DNA from: Moniliella sp. 'wahieum'
Lineage: Eukaryota
Direction of reading: 5' to 3'
Length of the DNA: 49,445 nucleotides
Assembly: GCA_003971905.1 (NCBI GenBank)
Contig: RSEE01000028.1
Coordinates: 682,001 to 731,445, forward strand
This document shows, in pieces, positions 44,954 through 49,445 of this stretch. The notes beneath the pieces were generated by a model, which worked only from the letters and a program-made list of their open reading frames with translations, was not told the DNA's origin and made no database searches. Made by a program: the position numbers and the translations under genes. Within the stretch, counting starts at the first letter, position 1, and every line of letters begins with the position of its first letter.

Positions 44954-47779
44954 CTAGGATCCGGAGAGAGGAGGAACACCTCCATACACCGAGCCTAGAG
45001 CCGATTGAATGCTTCGTCCCTGTGCATTGGTCGCCGTAAGCTTCGCTAGTGCATCTTGCGTCAGAGGCGTCTTAGGTTTGGGCAGTGTCTTCTGCAAAAG
45101 AAGTGTCAGTATGCTACTGTTAATTGCCCCGTGCAACCCACCCATTCAAAGCCAAAAAGAAAGAAAAGGACACACCTCAATCTCACGCTCATCCTCTAGC
45201 TCCTCCATCCTAGACGATTGTCCCTGCGATCCCGAGAAAGCTCGCGAGGAAGGCTCAGCTTGGGTCGCGCTTGATCCCCCCCGGCATCAGCGAGTTGGAA
45301 GTCAAGCTGGGGAGAGAGTGGGTTACCGTACTTGTCGTACAGCGGCACCTCTTTCTTCGCCAAGGGAAACCCACGGGGGTTTGCAGCCTGCTGAGCGGCT
45401 TTAGCTTGGCGTGTTTGTAAGATGGTCGTGACGGACGCCGACGAAGCTGGGGGGAGCGGTCGCGGCCGTGCGAGGGGTCGGATTGGAACTGATTGGAATT
45501 GGATTAGGATTCAGATTCGATTCGCACTCGTATTGGCGGCGAACTTGCGCGGAGCGCGAGGCGTGCCTGCCCCGTTGGACTCCCTTGGACGAGAAACTTG
45601 GTCGTCGTAGCGGGATCGAGCGTACTCGTCCTCTGCCCCCCACTCGGTCTCCACTTCCTCATCGGCATACATGGGCCCCGGTTCCTCGTACATCCCACCT
45701 GCGCAGTTCGAGCACGGGGCGGCTCATACTCGGCATCGTCAATATACTCCTCCTCTTCGTACTGCTGCATGGGGTAATCCTCCATTGTCCTTGAGCGAAG
45801 CGGAAGAGCGGTCGACCGGGACGGGCGTTCTGAGTCGGCCGAGTCTGAGCAGCCTGCGAAAACCTGCGAAGCGGGGGGTACCGCGGGTCAATGTACGGCG
45901 CTTCCTCCTCGTCATCAAAGTCCTCCACTGTCGACCGCTCCTGGTCGTCCGAACGAACGTCGGCTTCCCATTCGCGCGCGCGAGCTGCGGCCTGCGGCAA
46001 GCGACGCGACCTCTCTTTGTTTTCGGGTGGGGGCGGAGAGCGCCGGGGCAACAGGGGAAGTGGAAGTAGTAAAGTCGCGAAACGCGTCCGGGACGCGGCG
46101 AGGGAGGTATGGCAGCTCCTTCACGGGTAAAGCGCGCGTTGACCATCGATGCGGTTGGAGCCAGACGACCATTCAGCCTGTTGGGCCCATTGGCCGAGAT
46201 GACAGAGCGAGCATCGTGGTCATAACCATTGAACGTGCGAGGTACATCCAAGCTGCGTTTGGGCATACGCGGTACATCCATACTGTACTTGGGCATACGC
46301 GGCACGTCCACTGCTGCTGCATGCGAGGCAGATCCATGCTGAGTTTGGTGGGGGCCGATTCATGTCGATGCTTTTCTTAGGCAGGGGACGTTGGACGTCG
46401 ATACTGCGCTTGGGCACGCGCGTCATGTCCATCGATTGCTTGGGCAAGCGCAACATGTCCATCGATTGCTTGGGCATCACCTTTGCTCCTCCGCGAGGCA
46501 CGTCCATGCTCTGTTTGGGTCGAGGGGGGAATGTCGGCCGCTCCGAGGGAAGGGGCTTCCTAGACCAACCTGGCGTCCCGACCGAGCTAGCGCGGTGGTA
46601 GCGTGGCATCGCAAGGCTGCGGCATCCCATCCCCTCGACCATCCTCCTCCAATGCCATATGAGACATGGTGGAATTGAGTGGAGCCGCATACCCGCCTCC
46701 CTGCCCATCATCATCCATATATGCACCCTGACCATCGTCCATCTCGACCATACGCGGATCACGCCCTGCCCATCCCGTGTTGGCGCCCACGCCCACGGCC
46801 GGGCGCGGACGAGGCGGGGGAAGTGCGCCAGCACTGACAGAACGGGCATAGGAAGGTACAGCCTTGCGTGCGGGCGGCATGCGGGGTACGCACCTGCACT
46901 GGTAGACGTATACTCCATCGCCTCGTGCGCATTCACGTCGTCGACCTCGTCGTCAAAGGCGGGGTCTTGTGTCTCGTACGCCATGGGCTGCGTGTCGTCC
47001 TCGACGTCGTACATCTCGTCCGGGTAGCCTTCCTCGACATAGTCATGCACAAAGGCGCGAGGCTGGGGGCGAGGCTGAGCGCGAGGCTGGGTTAGAGGCT
47101 GGGAGGCTGGGGAGGCTGGGCGCGAGGCTGGGCGCGAGGAGCAGGGCGGGCGGCGGCAATAGGAAGGGTTGGGGGCGCGAGGCCGGGGGGCGGTGGAAGG
47201 AGGTGCAGGGCGCTGCGGCTGGGCCCGCACCGTACTGGGGGCGTAAGCGCGGGGCTGGAAGCGGGGGTCAGGGTAGGCCTCGACCTGCTCTTCGACAAGC
47301 ATGCCTGGGTCGTTGTACTCCTCCTCCATCGGGGCGGTGGGGGCCGCGCACGCGAAACAGGTAAGGACGTTTGGGCGCAGTTGGTACAGGTCGGCGGACA
47401 GGCGCGTCGGAGAAGGATTTGCGTGGAACGCGAAGGAGGGCACTGGACGCGCAGGTGGCGCATACCCACGTTCGTCCAGCTCATGCTGGACCATTCCAGG
47501 GTCGTAGACCCCATTGTCGCCATACGCATCGTCGCCGTATTCGTCAGCGACGTATTCCGCGCCATATTCCTCCGCGCCGTACTCTCAGTCGTACTCCTCG
47601 CGCCGTACGCATCGTGACGCCGGCGTCGTGTTGGTACATGGGCTGTTGGGGGGCCGGGCGAGAGGTGTAGGGCGGGCGGCTGGCGGGGTAATAGGCGCGG
47701 GGCGCGTGCTCGTCCCCATCGGCGCCGGCGTAGGGGGGGGCGGATGGGCGTTCCAGTGGGGGCGCGCGGGGGCGCGCAT
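44954..47779 (-). CDS. Large low-complexity (Pro/Arg/Glu/Asp/Tyr-rich) coding region; intron 45092-45175; probably the N-terminus of the PXB/DUF3818 gene
   Basis: Protein-like segments across frames (EYGAEEYGAEY, DYVEEGYPDEMYDVEDD, PKQSMD repeats, YEEEEYIDDAEYEPP); a canonical intron GTGTGT..TACTGAC..GCAG; final exon KTLPKPKTPLTQDALAKL. Start is uncertain (ATG 47779 or 47853). Confidence 0.6.
46238..46519 (-). repeat. ~30-bp coding tandem repeat, ~9 copies of a 10-aa unit (M/L/V)PK(Q/R/K/Y)S(M/I/L)D(V/M)xR
   Basis: PKQSMDVPR, MPKQSMDMLR, LPKQSMDMTR, VPKRSIDVQR, LPKKSIDMNR, TKLSMDLPR, ..DVPR, MPKYSMDVPR, MPKRSLDVPR. Confidence 0.85.
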
Positions 47780-49445
47780 GTGGTGGTGGTGGTGGGGGTG
47801 GGGTGGGGTGGTGGCGGTGGTGGTGGTGGCGGGGGGGGGGCGGGCAGATGCATCCACACGGTCTGCTGGCTGGCGTGGGATGGATGGGATGCGAGGGTGG
47901 ATGCTGGTGGACCCGCGCTCACGCATCACGCGTCATGCCATGCGTTCTGCCTTTTGCCGCTGGCTGCCCTCGTGCGTCTGGTGCCCCGCACATCGCAACC
48001 CTACCGAGGCAAGCAGGCGCACAGTGGCGCGGTGCGGCGGCCGGACACGACGGTCTGCCCCGCTCGCGCCGCTCTGCCCAGCCGCTGTGGGCGCCACGCG
48101 GTGCCTGGGGGTGCTCGCCACGGCCACGCCCCACGGCCACACCCGCCTTGTGCCTCCGCCGCCGCCCCACCCGCATGCACATCATTTGGCCGCCAGCAGG
48201 CCGCAGCTGGTAGCCCGTCGCAACTGCTCGTCCAGTCACGTGGACACAGTCTGGGCACGTGATCGAGCGTCATGCACCATGCATCATGCATCACTACTCA
48301 ATCGCCATCGATCGTCCACTGCTCCACCGTGGCCGCGGCGACTCGCACTCGTCGGTAAACGCCAGTAGGGTCGCCAGCAACTGCGCCAGCCGGTCTGTTG
48401 GAGTTGTGCCAAAAAAGTAGAGTCACCGTCAGAAGGGAGAAACATACTCTGCCGTGGATGTGAATGCGTCGGCACGGGAGCATTGTCCCAGCGATATGGA
48501 AACACGACAGTGACTAGTGAGATCTGAGATCCCACAGCGGGTGCCGAAACCTATGCCTTAATTTGGACGGGGAAGCGTGGATACCGGTTACCAGTTACCA
48601 GTACCGGTTATCCCTGAGTTGATCGAGAGCCAACAAGTCTCTAGGCCGTAGGGAATGCAAGGCACAACTACGGCCCTTAGGGCCTTCGGCTCCACCCTCT
48701 GTGGGGAATAAGCGGCAATGCGGGTACAGGACTGATGCGAGTGTGCATGGGTGTCCAAATTCGCGTTTTTGCCGCGCCCAGCCGAACGGAGGGCGGGCGA
48801 TGAGGCATGACGCTGGGCAATGCTGTTGCCATTGGCGCCTATAGAAGCTAGATCATTGACAAAAGACGAGCAAGATGTGTCTTGGTAGATACGCCTGTGA
48901 TGCATGTGATGTATGAGGGGGGGAATGAGGCCTGAGGGGTGTCGGCAACTTGGGAGCAGGCCGGTACAGTCCATTAATCAATTCTTCATTCATCAATTCA
49001 TTCCCCACACACACGTCGCGTCCAGAAACGGTGTGATCGTCGCGACGCGTGACGTGTAAATCTTAAAGCTGCAGCTTGAAGCTTGAAACTTGTACGCGCG
49101 TGACACGTGAGGCCGATGAGGCCGAGGCCAAGGAAGCCATAGCCAAGCACTTGAAGTCAAGCTTGAAGCTTTAGGTGGGGAAAGTCGATGGTGAAGCATT
49201 GCATGACGCGTGGTGCGTGAAGCTTGATGCTGCATGATGCATGATGCCACCGTTCCATTTGCAACTTTCAAGAGGCGTGCAGACTGACTGAACATTGAAA
49301 TTTGAAGCTTACCTTGAAGGCTGAGCTGGGCTTGCCTCGGTTCGGCGCAAGGCGTCCGGGCCGGGGAGAGGGGAGGCCGGAGGAGAGACACGGACGGCGG
49401 GCTGGTGAGCGCCGACGGCCCCAAGCCGGTGGCGGGGTGTGGGTT

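Noticed and set aside
46238..46519. ~30-bp periodic repeat as a CRISPR array
   Set aside because: Contiguous coding repeat with no unique spacers, no cas genes and a eukaryotic context.
48300..49445. Short ORFs and a possible Sm-site snRNA near the window end
   Set aside because: No U1/U2/U4/U5/U6 signature sequences and no recognisable protein; it reads as intergenic DNA with heptamer repeats.

Overview
GC-rich, intron-poor fungal genomic DNA, most consistent with a basidiomycete of the smut/Ustilaginomycotina type (inferred from GT..CT(A/G)AC..YAG introns, compact spacing and gene content). It is a dense housekeeping region with about 17 protein-coding loci: RPL14, molybdenum cofactor sulfurase, an M16B protein lacking its zinc ligands (bc1 core-1/beta-MPP-like, apparently truncated), Pmp3-family proteolipid, RSC1/2-like bromo-BAH protein, RCY1, a small Cys-rich orphan, an OPT transporter, proteasome alpha-7, myosin I, ICE2, ROK1, a divergent LC8 with a long Pro-rich extension, PUS3/DEG1, a tail-anchored disordered orphan, and a PXB/DUF3818 (Ypr097w/Lec1-like) gene probably joined to a large disordered N-terminus. 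Almost every gene is broken by single-base indels, best explained as unpolished long-read assembly error, so gene ends are approximate. I see no transposon, rRNA, intact tRNA, CRISPR array or biosynthetic cluster, and no clearly novel multi-gene system. The best leads are atypical paralogs, orphan proteins and recurring non-coding motifs.
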